From positions 1-64,000 of IMG/VR virus record IMGVR_UViG_3300030207_004217: 64,000 bases of DNA. One strand, given 5' to 3'. The number at the start of each line of letters is the position of its first letter. Positions within the stretch are counted from its first letter, which is position 1. The notes under the pieces were generated by a model. It was not told the origin of the DNA. It made no database searches and saw only the letters and a list, made by a program, of their open reading frames with translations. The DNA comes from a virus. Its lineage: Duplodnaviria; Caudoviricetes. Both the position numbers and the translations under genes were made by a program. Shown one piece after another: positions 17,274 to 28,700 of the stretch.

Positions 17274-17966
17274 TTACACAAAAAAGGATTTTAAATGTCC
17301 AACTCTTAACTTTGGCACAACTAAAGGTTTTATTTGTAGTTTATCGTAAACATTTTTACAGAAACTAACGTCCTCAAAGCTCATATCGTGGACATCAAAC
17401 TTGCCAAGATCTTTGTTTGGATGATTGCAATCAGTAATATGGACTTTATTTAAGGGATAATAAGGGTAATCCATCTGCTCATAAATTGACCTATGAACCT
17501 TTGTAAATCCAAATCCACACCAATCTACCTCAACTAACTTATTTGGCTCTTTCTCTCCCATTTCATCAAGCCATTTTACAGAGGTAAATGGCATATGCAT
17601 GTTTTCTCTAAAGAAATCCTCGTCCCAATTCCCCACCATAGCTTTATCTGAGTAATCAGACCTATACCATCCAGTAACAAACTTTTTATCTGGTGGTATA
17701 CTAAGCAAGTGTTCTATCTGATCAATGCTAAATCTTACATCAGAGTCAATCCAGAACAGCCATTCTGCTTTTGGAGGCGAAGTGTCTGTAAATCCACCAC
17801 CTCCTGTAGCTAGAAAATTACGAGCAAAGTTTAAAAATAAGCCATTACAAGTTAAAATAGCGGCATTGTTCTTGTCACACCAAGTTTGCAATTCTAGGTA
17901 TTGCCCGAAGCACTTTCCTTGAATTCCTCTATGATCAATCGGAATTAAAAATACACAGTTTAGCAT
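17274..17966 (-). CDS. GT2/GT-A-like glycosyltransferase
   Basis: ARN, WLFWIDSD (DxD), GFGF..VHRS, EDVSFC, VGHLK; leaderless promoter at 17973-18000. Confidence 0.75.
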   Translation of the reverse strand: MLNCVFLIPIDHRGIQGKCFGQYLELQTWCDKNNAAILTCNGLFLNFARNFLATGGGGFTDTSPPKAEWLFWIDSDVRFSIDQIEHLLSIPPDKKFVTGWYRSDYSDKAMVGNWDEDFFRENMHMPFTSVKWLDEMGEKEPNKLVEVDWCGFGFTKVHRSIYEQMDYPYYPLNKVHITDCNHPNKDLGKFDVHDMSFEDVSFCKNVYDKLQIKPLVVPKLRVGHLKSFFV

Positions 17967-18004
17967 CAATTTATTATAGATTTTAAATCTACAATATCAA
18001 CTGA

Positions 18005-21000
18005 TTATCCGTATCTCCAGTAAGATCCATCAGAGTATACTGGGGCAACAGCACTTCCTCCTGCGTATACTGTTTGTCCTATTGTAGAAGAACCAAACGT
18101 GTAATAAGAATCATTTACCATAGCTCTCTGTCCTGCTGGGGAAGCTGAAGGTAACGAACCAATAGCGTAAACTTGTGTTTGAATAGTGCCTTGAACTTCT
18201 AATTTTGAAGATGGGGCTGTTGTCCCTATTCCCACATCACCATCTGAAGCTATTGTGACCCCAGCAGAAGCGGAACTTGCTCCACCGTTAGGTCTAAATC
18301 TAAACCCTTTACTAGTAGCAGCAGCAAAATACATGTGGTCACTAGACTTGGCAAAAATCCTGTGGTGACCGTTTGTTAAGTTTGTGGTCCCGATACCAAT
18401 AGCTCCATAAGTGCTTCCATATGTGCCCTCTGCACCTAGAGTCATGCTTGATTCAGCGCGAATTTCTCCATTTACATCAAGCTCCGCTGATGGACCACTT
18501 GTTCCTATGCCAACTTTTCCATCGCCTTGCACTTTTAAATAACTTGTTCCCGCTAAACTGCTGGCTTCAAAGGTAACATCTGAAGCGTTTGAACCTCCAT
18601 CTACTTTTAATCCATAGTTAGCTCCAGCAGTAGCTTCTGTATTAGTTATTCTAGCAACATAGTCGCCGTCTTGTTCTGCTTTAACATGAAATGTTTGTGT
18701 TGGATTTGTTGTCCCGACACCCACAAATGGACCATCATTAGTCCCATGTATGGTGAGTCCTACCTCTTCTGAACCTGCGGTAGCTTTAACGCCAAACCGC
18801 ATATCAGTTCTATATGCACTTGAGTTTGTTCTTACCCATATGCTACCTACTTCATTTGGTGAAGAGGAATAATCTGTTTTAAATTGTATCCTGCCTATAT
18901 CTGTATCAGTGCTTGGATCAGATCCACCTCTACTGATCTGCATTTCTGCTATGGCATTTTCTTTATTTAAATGTAATTGATGTGCTGGATCAGTTGTTCC
19001 AATGCCAACATTTCCTGCGTCTTCGATAACCACAGCGCTTGCGTTATTGCCTACAATGGTGGTGGAGCTAGAACGATAGATTATATTTGCGCTATTTGCA
19101 GAGTTATTGTAAACATCTGCTTGGACTCTTGATGTAGAGCTTGATTTAATTACTCCTGCTACTTCAAGTTTAGCATCTGGATCAGTTACTCCTATACCAA
19201 CAAAACCTCCTGTGGTAAGACGCATCTGCTCATGATTATTTATATCATAATCATCACTGGTATTCCCTGTGACATTAGTATGGAAAGTTATTCCTTTATT
19301 GTAGTTTAAAGCAATATAATTACCTGCATCGCCTTTTGTTCTTCTGAATGTATTATTTGTGGTTCCTGCATATACCGCATTACCTAAAAGTGTCGATGCT
19401 CCACCTTTTGTCTCACTTAATGAGGCATAATTTATAAGCAGTCCACCTTCTGAGAATCCATTTGTTCCTAATTGAGTTTTACCATCAACATGTAAAAGTT
19501 GATTTGGTCCAGTTGTTCCAATACCAACATTACCGCCGTCTAAATAACTACTTCCATTAGAATCAAGTAAAACTTTTGTTACTCCTCCAGCATTGTTTGC
19601 ATATAATCTACCAGCACTACTGGAATTAGTCATTCCAGCAACTTGAATATTTGAATTGTTTAGGTGAACAATTGTGCCTTTTACAGAAAGTTTTTGTGGT
19701 GGATCATCTGTTCCTATGCCGACTTTATTGCCAGCTATACGCATTTGTTCTGCTACAGTTCCATTACCTTCTCCCGCTGTATTCGCATGGAAAGCTAAAT
19801 AGGTTTCTGTGCTGGCTGAAGGGTCAGTGTAACTTGATCTTAAAAATGCTGTATCGTATTGGGTTGTAAACCCTAATTCTCCAGTATTAGTGTTAGTAGA
19901 TCCAGCATCTATTAATACATCTCCTACTACATGAAGTTTTTCATCTGGACTATCTGTTCCTATACCAACATCACCATCAGAAGCTATCGTCATTCTGGTT
20001 TCCCCTACAGTCTGGAACATCATTGTTTGTGCAGATTGGTTTGCACCAATGACACCTGTAGAACTACTAACGAATAAATCTAATCTTTTGTTTCCACCAG
20101 AGCTAGATTCTTCCAGTCTTATAAACGGCTCTGCTCCTCCAATTTGTAATTGTTTGTTTGGGCTGGTTGTCCCTATACCAACAGTGCTTCCCTTTATAGC
20201 AAAAGTTTCAGTGCTGCCAAATGCCATAAATGCAAGGCGTGGACTTCCTGCGCTGGTTACCCTAACTTTCATACCAGCGTAATCCCAACCAGCATGATTA
20301 CTAGCTCCTGCCCTCAATAACCATTCATCAGCCCCACCAGCGTATGAGGTAGGAGTAGCATAAATTCCTCCTCCATGAATATGTAATTTAAGATCTGGGT
20401 CTGTAGTTCCTATACCAACATTTCCTGTAGCATCAAAGTTAATAGTTGCAGAATCTAGAGAGGTGGCATTTGGTCTAAATCTTAACTTATCGTCAGTTGT
20501 AGATTGAATCCAGTATCTATTAGCTCCATCTCTAAATTGGATGTAAGCAGAATAGTCATTATGCGCCATGATTTGAGTAAATGCATGGTTGTTTGAAGAT
20601 TGAATTCTTAAACCATTATTACCATCAGCATAAATATGAGCCGCTTTTTGCGGGGCAGTTGTTCCTATACCAACACTACCAGCAGAAGCATCTACATACA
20701 AAGTATCGGTATCAACATAGAAATCACCTCCATTATCAATTGCAGCTTTTGTCGCGTTAGCGATATTAAACCCAATACTTCCTCCTGCTTTAACATTTAT
20801 CATAGTGTTGCCAGCACTATTTTGTTTTATAGCATAATTACTAGTAGTGGCAAAATCAACATGGCCAAAAAATGCGCTATCAGCTTGCCCCATGTATCCA
20901 ATATGCGCTCTACCTAGAATAGCACTTGAATCGTTATCAGGATTTACTTCTAGTCTTTCACTAGGATTGGTAACTCCAATACCCAAACGCCCCTGTGATG

Positions 21001-24000
21001 TCAGACGCATCTTTTCGGTTTCACTACCAGCAAGATGGCTGTCGTGCATGGTGTAAAACGCTATGTTTGTTTGCAGGTAAGATGGGTTATTATTTGTCCA
21101 TACATTGGCTATTTTACTTGAGTAAACACCACCTGCTCTACCCATAATAATGCCAACTCCATTTCCAGCAGTTCCTGTTGTAGATACATTATTATGAATA
21201 AGTAATCCTGAAGTAATCTCATGCAATGAATCAGTTTGAACTTCTAATTTAGTAGATGGAGAACTTGTTCCTATACCGACATAACCATTAGTCGCAAAAG
21301 TCGCAGCCGTTCCGTAACTTTGGGGCTGTATTCTTATTACTCCATCAGCTTTAACATTTAAATTATTACTATTCTTCGCCCATATTTCATTATTATCTAA
21401 ATATAGCGTAGATCCTATGTTTACTTGACCTCCATGAGAAACAGTAAAGTAAGCTCCCGTGCTGGATTCTAGTCTTAAACCAACCCCATTAGTAGTAGAA
21501 CTATCAGTTCTAATATCTAATTTAGCTCCAGCAGAAGTATTTCCTATAGCAACATTACCGCCTTTTTCTATATGTAATCTGCTATTAGATCCACTTGTAA
21601 AGAAATCATATGTTCCAACAGGAGAACTTGCGCTTCCTGCATAAAATCTAAATCCATAAACCAAACTAGATTGCTCTCCAAGATCTATGTAGTTGGAGTT
21701 AGATAAAATTAGATTTCTTGCATAACTAGTAGAAAAGGCTCCTTTCAAGCCTCTCCCAGCAGTATTCATGAATATAGCACCATTCTGATTATCTGTTCCA
21801 GCCCAACTAGCATCACCTTTAACTATCATGGAACCTTCAGCATGAAGCTTCGCTGATGGATCGGTAGTTCCTATACCCACTCTACTACCATTACCATGAT
21901 CTAAAACATTTAAAGCAAGGTCGTCATCAAGGCTGCATGATGAAAGTGAAGTTGTATTATACCCAGTTTCTTTAAAGATAAAACCTTCTATTTCAATATA
22001 TTGATTAAAATATTTTGTTCCTGTAGGATCGAGGAAGAAATCTGTTTTGGTGGCATCTCCATCTCTATTTTTATATTTTAAATCTATATGAATGTCGGTA
22101 TCTTCTCCACCACCTTCAACAGTTATTGATGGATAGTTTGTGCCGCTAGAGTTTTGAACAACAACACGAACAATTCTAAATACTTTTTCTGCTCCATCAT
22201 ATATTCTGATAGTGAAACCTGCTGAGTCTCCATTTCCGTATTGAGTAACTGTTCCAATGTAACGTGTGACATCAGCCATTGCCACCTTCATGTTCATTCT
22301 GTTTTTTGAGTCGTTCCTTAATGACCCAGCAAGACCTGTTACATTTCCACCGTAAATATGGAGTTTTGATGTTGGGCTAGTTATGCCTATGCCTACATCT
22401 CTAGTGTCCTCCTCGATATACATCGCCGCAGTAGGAGAACTTGATACGCCTACATCAAACTGTAAGGCAGCATCACTTCTTACTTTTGCTACACTGCTTT
22501 GATTTCTAAAGTAAATGCTTCTATCAGTATTCCCCGCACTGTCCAACCTCATATCACCACGAAGATCTAATTCTTCTTGTGGGTTTGTTGTGCCTATACC
22601 GATTCTATTAGTTGAGCTATCTACAAATAAAGTATTAGAATCAAAGTTTACATCACCGTCAAAAGCTGTGCCGCTTGAGTTACCAATTTGTAAAGTTCCT
22701 TGGTCATTAAATAAAGAACCTCTAACTCGCAAATTGTTTTGCACATAAGCTCCAGCACTTGCAGAAACATAAAAATAATTATGATCTACAACTACAACAC
22801 CATCATTCCTAACATAAAATAATTGAGCAGAAGAACTATCTATACATTGTAGCGCATTTGTAGAGGCATCACTTGTGCCGCCTTTGATTCTAACTCTAGA
22901 TGTAGATGGATCAGTCATTCCGACAGCTAGACTGCCACCGCCAATCCAACTGTCCCCATTAGTGTTAAGTCTAATGTCCTCGTTGACAGTGCTATCGTAT
23001 AAACTCAAGTAAGCATGTGATGAGGAAGGTCTAACCTTAAATTTAAGATTGCCTGATTCTCTTAATTCTATGCCATCTTCATTGCCATCACTGCCGACAG
23101 TTAATTTTGTTTGCGGATTAGTTGTTCCTATACCGACATCGCCTACATCATCAATCCGCATCCTTTCGGTTCTGTCAGTAACAAAACCTATTTCATTTGT
23201 AGCGGGGGAATAGAAACCTACTTCATCAGAACTTTCATTTCTTAAATTAATAGCTAAATTTGTTGGCGCTTGGTTTGCTATATTAAATACAGCACGAACA
23301 CCACTGTATACAAAATCATATTGTGAAAGCTCTAAAAACCTACCTGCATAACCTGATCCCTGAATTCTAAATCTACCATTATTTGTTGCGAAAAGACCAA
23401 ATTCTTGATTGGCGTAGTAATTGTTTAGGGCTAAAATAGAAGAGCTTACGCCATCATAATCTGAAGTATTGGCTCTTTGTTTTAATGCTTTTACATAACC
23501 TTCTGCTGTCCCGTGGAAAGAAGCGTTTCCACCACTTGTTGCAAGAGTCTCTGAGGGATTAGTTAATCCTATCCCGACATTACCATTAACATCAACCCTC
23601 ACTCTTTCTGTCCCCGCTGTGATAAACCCAAGCTCATTTGACGACATCCTTGACATGCCCATATTGACATTATCATAGAAACCATAATCAGCCTCAGTAG
23701 CAGAACCTGCACTACTAACAACCATTCTGCCTTTGCGAGAAGAATTTCCGATAACTAATGTTAAATCTGCTTCGCCAGTAATATGGAAGGAAGCTCCTCC
23801 ACCTTGTGATGACCCATCTGAATGTTTATAGGTTATGTTTGCAGGTTGTAGATTAGTAGATTGATCGTCAAATCGTATAGTCGCTCCATTGCCATTACTA
23901 GAGTTTTGAAGCGTTAATAAAGGAAGATCTGCTCCAAGAGAGGCTTTTATATCTAATGGAGAGCTAGGATTAGTAATTCCTATACCAACATTGCCACCAT

Positions 24001-25684
24001 TTTTTATAGTTACTTGTGCTGTTCCTGCGCTAGTTAAAATGCGTTGATCATTAGACCCTATTCCATACCAATCTTTAGTATATACGGCTGTATTCGCGAC
24101 TAAATTAGTATTGATTTCAGCATCACCTTGAACATGTAAAGTCCTAGTTGAAGAGGGTCCAGTTGTTCCAATCCCCACATTACCAGCAAAAAATGCCCCT
24201 GTATCAGAAGAAGGAGTATTTAATATCTGTTGTAAGGTTGGTGTGCTTGCTTCTAATGGCTCAAATCTTGGTCCCCACCAGTAAGTTTTAGAACCTGTGG
24301 TAGCATCATAGTAGTTATAAACTCTTTGTCTTGATGTATTCCATTGACTGCCTAATCCATCAGTAGGGCTACCACTATCAGTAAACTTAAAAGAAGTGGC
24401 ACTGTATATTTTTTTACCATTTCTATCATAGATACCCCCATCTGGATGATGAGTCGTTCCAGTATGACCACTATCATAAATATAGCCAACCATCAAATAC
24501 CACTGACCAGTCTCCATACCAGCAGTAGCCATTGTCGCTCCACCAATAAAATATGGGTTACTGTTATAAGTGCTATTAGAAATATTAGCTACAAAACTGG
24601 TGCCTAAATATAAATTACCATCACTTCTATTAGTTGTGATCTTTTTAACCCAAACGGAAGTTCTATATGATTTGCCTCTATCTATAACAAAGGTATCTGA
24701 ATTCCAACCACCATCAGCATTGTCGCCAGTATCATTACTAGGAGTATGCCACAAGATAGCGGGTTCTCCGAACGGGTTTTCGCCATAAATTCTCTCATTC
24801 TCTTCTGTGGTTCCATTTTGTGGGAAAGAAGGAGTCGAGCCGCTTGATTGTGTTCCATAAAGATTCCACTCATAAGGGCGTAGCAAGTTGCCATCAACAG
24901 CACCTTTATGCGGTAAAACATTGCCTCTTTGGTCTAAGCCCCACGCATTTGCATGGTTACCTGCCTGATTGTTGCTGTCACTAGCAGAAAAAGTATCTAT
25001 GGTTAGGTAATCTAATCCTCCATGACCACCATTAGATTCATAATTTATTTTTACTCCATAAGTATCACTTTCTTGGAGCCAGAGAGTCGCAGTATTATCA
25101 CTTGTAGAGCTATCTCTAATCTTTAGAACAGGGTCACTCCCATGTATGTGAAGGTCTGCTGAAGGTGTTTGTGTTCCTATACCAACAGAGTCTGCTGATT
25201 CGTCTACATAAAAAGTGTCAGTATCTACAAAGAAATCTGAATTATAAACACCAAAACTAGAACCAATAATTACTCTGTTTTCGCCTCTGTAAAAGGTGAT
25301 CTCGCCATTAGAATCTGTAACAAGGGAAAGATCTGTTAATTCGTTACCTATAGTGCCATTTCCAAACTCGATATTTGCCTGTGTAGAACCTATTCCTATA
25401 TATTTGCCATTTGCTGTGGTTATATTGCCAGCCAGTGATAAATTAGAAGATGTGCTTGCTCCTCTAGCAGTAACAGTAGCTAAAGTATCACCCTCTGATG
25501 AGCTACTTCCAGTAACAATAGGATTCCCTCCAATTGTAAGAGACCCTGCATCCACATTAAAATTACCAGATAATTTGATAACGTGTGTGCTAGAATCTAA
25601 TAAAATAGAAGCCGCCCCTGTCGTTCCGCTTCTAAAGTTTAATCCAGAAGCGGTTAGGTAACTATTTACTGTGGTTATTGCCAT
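18005..25684 (-). CDS. Long modular tail-fibre / adhesin-like protein (2559 aa)
   Basis: Many GNVGIGTT.P...L.V repeat units typical of trimeric phage fibres, interspersed with globular inserts. Confidence 0.85.
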   Translation of the reverse strand: MAITTVNSYLTASGLNFRSGTTGAASILLDSSTHVIKLSGNFNVDAGSLTIGGNPIVTGSSSSEGDTLATVTARGASTSSNLSLAGNITTANGKYIGIGSTQANIEFGNGTIGNELTDLSLVTDSNGEITFYRGENRVIIGSSFGVYNSDFFVDTDTFYVDESADSVGIGTQTPSADLHIHGSDPVLKIRDSSTSDNTATLWLQESDTYGVKINYESNGGHGGLDYLTIDTFSASDSNNQAGNHANAWGLDQRGNVLPHKGAVDGNLLRPYEWNLYGTQSSGSTPSFPQNGTTEENERIYGENPFGEPAILWHTPSNDTGDNADGGWNSDTFVIDRGKSYRTSVWVKKITTNRSDGNLYLGTSFVANISNSTYNSNPYFIGGATMATAGMETGQWYLMVGYIYDSGHTGTTHHPDGGIYDRNGKKIYSATSFKFTDSGSPTDGLGSQWNTSRQRVYNYYDATTGSKTYWWGPRFEPLEASTPTLQQILNTPSSDTGAFFAGNVGIGTTGPSSTRTLHVQGDAEINTNLVANTAVYTKDWYGIGSNDQRILTSAGTAQVTIKNGGNVGIGITNPSSPLDIKASLGADLPLLTLQNSSNGNGATIRFDDQSTNLQPANITYKHSDGSSQGGGASFHITGEADLTLVIGNSSRKGRMVVSSAGSATEADYGFYDNVNMGMSRMSSNELGFITAGTERVRVDVNGNVGIGLTNPSETLATSGGNASFHGTAEGYVKALKQRANTSDYDGVSSSILALNNYYANQEFGLFATNNGRFRIQGSGYAGRFLELSQYDFVYSGVRAVFNIANQAPTNLAINLRNESSDEVGFYSPATNEIGFVTDRTERMRIDDVGDVGIGTTNPQTKLTVGSDGNEDGIELRESGNLKFKVRPSSSHAYLSLYDSTVNEDIRLNTNGDSWIGGGSLAVGMTDPSTSRVRIKGGTSDASTNALQCIDSSSAQLFYVRNDGVVVVDHNYFYVSASAGAYVQNNLRVRGSLFNDQGTLQIGNSSGTAFDGDVNFDSNTLFVDSSTNRIGIGTTNPQEELDLRGDMRLDSAGNTDRSIYFRNQSSVAKVRSDAALQFDVGVSSSPTAAMYIEEDTRDVGIGITSPTSKLHIYGGNVTGLAGSLRNDSKNRMNMKVAMADVTRYIGTVTQYGNGDSAGFTIRIYDGAEKVFRIVRVVVQNSSGTNYPSITVEGGGEDTDIHIDLKYKNRDGDATKTDFFLDPTGTKYFNQYIEIEGFIFKETGYNTTSLSSCSLDDDLALNVLDHGNGSRVGIGTTDPSAKLHAEGSMIVKGDASWAGTDNQNGAIFMNTAGRGLKGAFSTSYARNLILSNSNYIDLGEQSSLVYGFRFYAGSASSPVGTYDFFTSGSNSRLHIEKGGNVAIGNTSAGAKLDIRTDSSTTNGVGLRLESSTGAYFTVSHGGQVNIGSTLYLDNNEIWAKNSNNLNVKADGVIRIQPQSYGTAATFATNGYVGIGTSSPSTKLEVQTDSLHEITSGLLIHNNVSTTGTAGNGVGIIMGRAGGVYSSKIANVWTNNNPSYLQTNIAFYTMHDSHLAGSETEKMRLTSQGRLGIGVTNPSERLEVNPDNDSSAILGRAHIGYMGQADSAFFGHVDFATTSNYAIKQNSAGNTMINVKAGGSIGFNIANATKAAIDNGGDFYVDTDTLYVDASAGSVGIGTTAPQKAAHIYADGNNGLRIQSSNNHAFTQIMAHNDYSAYIQFRDGANRYWIQSTTDDKLRFRPNATSLDSATINFDATGNVGIGTTDPDLKLHIHGGGIYATPTSYAGGADEWLLRAGASNHAGWDYAGMKVRVTSAGSPRLAFMAFGSTETFAIKGSTVGIGTTSPNKQLQIGGAEPFIRLEESSSGGNKRLDLFVSSSTGVIGANQSAQTMMFQTVGETRMTIASDGDVGIGTDSPDEKLHVVGDVLIDAGSTNTNTGELGFTTQYDTAFLRSSYTDPSASTETYLAFHANTAGEGNGTVAEQMRIAGNKVGIGTDDPPQKLSVKGTIVHLNNSNIQVAGMTNSSSAGRLYANNAGGVTKVLLDSNGSSYLDGGNVGIGTTGPNQLLHVDGKTQLGTNGFSEGGLLINYASLSETKGGASTLLGNAVYAGTTNNTFRRTKGDAGNYIALNYNKGITFHTNVTGNTSDDYDINNHEQMRLTTGGFVGIGVTDPDAKLEVAGVIKSSSTSRVQADVYNNSANSANIIYRSSSTTIVGNNASAVVIEDAGNVGIGTTDPAHQLHLNKENAIAEMQISRGGSDPSTDTDIGRIQFKTDYSSSPNEVGSIWVRTNSSAYRTDMRFGVKATAGSEEVGLTIHGTNDGPFVGVGTTNPTQTFHVKAEQDGDYVARITNTEATAGANYGLKVDGGSNASDVTFEASSLAGTSYLKVQGDGKVGIGTSGPSAELDVNGEIRAESSMTLGAEGTYGSTYGAIGIGTTNLTNGHHRIFAKSSDHMYFAAATSKGFRFRPNGGASSASAGVTIASDGDVGIGTTAPSSKLEVQGTIQTQVYAIGSLPSASPAGQRAMVNDSYYTFGSSTIGQTVYAGGSAVAPVYSDGSYWRYG

Positions 25685-25711
25685 TTTAATCTATTTTTAA
25701 TTACACGAAGA

Positions 25712-28700
25712 CTACATCTTCCTAATCATTGCTTTTATATTATATGATTCTCCATCACCGCTCTCCATAGCTTGAGCGATAATGGTTCCCAACTTTTCTT
25801 CTTTCATAGCTTGCCCGTGGCCTTGTTTGCTTGAAGTAACTATGTAATCACCAACTTTAATTGGTCCTGTTACAAGAATAGGCTCTGCTCCAAGCACTAC
25901 AGGTGAATCAAAGTCTCTCTTTGTAACACCAAAAACTAAAGTGTCGTTTTCCTTCTCGCATGGCTTAAGTTCTCCATCTTCGTCCATTACAAGGACTGTG
26001 CCATCGGTATAGAATTTTAGTTTGCTGGAGGATGCGTTCTCCTCCAAGTAAGCACCACCTATGTAGTATGTGGATCTTGTTGTTCCCACTACATCAAGTT
26101 CATAGGATGGACTCGTAGTTCCAATTCCGACTCCATTTACCCCTCCACCAAAGTCTGAATCGACAATGGTCATCTTGGTGGAATCGTCTATATTAAATCT
26201 AATATAATTATTTCCTACAGCATTGAAACGGTTATGAGCCATTTCCATGTAGTGAGAAGCGCCATAAGAATTTCTTATTCCGTAGGTGTCGGCTCCATTT
26301 GTTGATACATCAAGTTTTCTAGCTGGAGATGTGCTACCAATACCAACATTGCCAGCGTCAGTAATAGTAAATAACTCTGTTCCTCCATCACTATTTAAGA
26401 AGCGAGTTCTATTAGAGCTTCCCCTAAATTCTAATTGGTTGCTAATTGCTGATGCTCTAAATAAATCTGCGCGAACTGTTGATAAGTCGAAGTTAACAAT
26501 ATCCGAATTAGTAACCTTTATCGCCTCAGAGCCGTTACCTGCAATGGTTAAGCGACCACTCTGTAAATGGAGTTTTGTGTCAGGATCACTGGTTCCAATT
26601 CCAACATTACCTTCTGCTGTGAATCTTGCTACTTCAGTAGCAGCAGAAACTCCGCTTGTGGTAATTCTTACATAATCACCTCCTATTTTTAATGGGTGCG
26701 GGGTAGAGGTATCTCCATCAGAGGCTAATATTCTACCCTCATTCCCAACAGAGGGAGTTATAGTTATAGCGTCATTGTTTGCTGGATATCTGATTTTTAA
26801 AGCGCCGTTCTCTATCCTCGCCGCAGTTCCTCCATCCCCGTAAACATGAAGGGCTGATTGAGGGGAAGTTATTCCTACTCCTACTCTATTATTACCTCTG
26901 TTTATGACTAAAGCATCTTCACCTAATTCTGTATTCCTAATACGGAACATGTCATTATTAGCTCCACCAGCATATTGGTTTTCAATCTCCCAAGTAGTGT
27001 ATGTTCCTGCTAATTTAAGGTGTGGACCAGCACTCCCAGCCCCAGTTACGAGAATGTTTCCTGAGACCGCAAGTTTTTCAGATGGTTCAGTTGTTCCAAT
27101 ACCAACCTTACCCTCTGTGATAATCATATCAACAGTGCCAGCTTCATCTACTCCGTTTCTGGCAAATGTTATAGTATCATTAGATCCACCATTATCTGAA
27201 TCATAATTAATAAACAGAGAGCCTTTTGCGTTTATAGCAGAAGTATTAGAACCCAAGAAATCAATTTGTTGTCTTGAAGCTCCTCTTGTAGTTATTTCTA
27301 CTCCATCAGAACCATCTTTAAATTTTGCAAGGCTATCAGAAGCAGCGCCAGTAACATGAAGTCTTGTATTTGTTACACCTGCCGCACCAACATTTAAAGT
27401 GCCAGCACTGTTAAGGGACATCAACGTGCCAGCGCTGTTCCTGAAAATAGTGGCTCCCGCGTTAGCTTGTGAAATATAGTTATTACCGCCATCTAAATAA
27501 TTTAAATGTGTGGTATATGCAGAACTTGAAGTAATCTGAAATTCTGCATTTTTAACTCTAGTATCTCCATCAACATCAAGTTTTTTAGCAGGGATTGTTC
27601 CTACGCCGACATTACTACCAGATAAAACTAATTGTGTTCCTGCTGCGTTTGCTACGCTGTTGATTCTGAAAGTGCCATCATTATAAGTGTTAAGTTGTCC
27701 ATGACTATTTGGGTCACTTATTGTAAGTATAGATACATTTGTTCCTGAAATTCCGACTTGAGCATTACCTGCATTGTATACAGATAAGTTTTTAGAAGGA
27801 TCAGTTGTTCCTATGCCAACATTACTATTAGATCCTTTAACGAAAACAATAGGACTATTGTTTACATTCATGCTAACATTCATGCTTGCTTTAGCATTGA
27901 TAGCTGTAGATCCAGCAGGGCTTTGCTTTAAAGCATAACTTGTTGAAGTAGCATTATCATAATGAGATAAATATAAATAGTCGGTTACATGAGATCCAAA
28001 TCTTGCCCTGCCCAAGAAAACATTTTGGTCGGTATCAGCTTTAACATCTAGCAACCCTTGAGGAGTTATCGATCCTATACCAACATCGCCATCAGGTTTT
28101 ATAGCCACTCTAGCCTCACCACTTGTGGCTAAATAAACACTTCCAAGAGCTTGTCTGTTAGTAACATAAGCATCATGACCATTATTTCCAATAGTCATAC
28201 CCACGTTGCTCATCGTTCCATAGCTTGTCGTGCTATTCTGGAATTGAAGATAAGCTACTGTCCCCGTGCTTCTTAAATGTGCTAGAGCGTATCCACCAGT
28301 AATTGTTAAAGCTCCATAATCAGGATCACTACCTGCATTATTTATTATGATATTATTAGTTGTAGTGTTTCCTTGATCAGTAACAGTCTGCAATGTATCT
28401 GACTCAAAAGCAGAAGTTCCAGTGACAACAGGATTACCATCTATAGTAATACCATTTTCAAAGTTTCCGCTTGTGCCGTGAATTGTTCCATCAACGTCGA
28501 GTTTATAAGCTGGATTAACTGTCCCTATTCCTACATTGTCACCATTAGAAGCATTTAAAGCTAACTTACCATCATGCTGTAATGTTATTTCTGCTCCTCC
28601 ATTACCATCATAGGTTATAAAGAAATCACTATCCGCAGAATCATCTACAAAATATTGGCGAACGGTTTCTGTAGGGTTTGTGAAGATTAATCCTAAATTA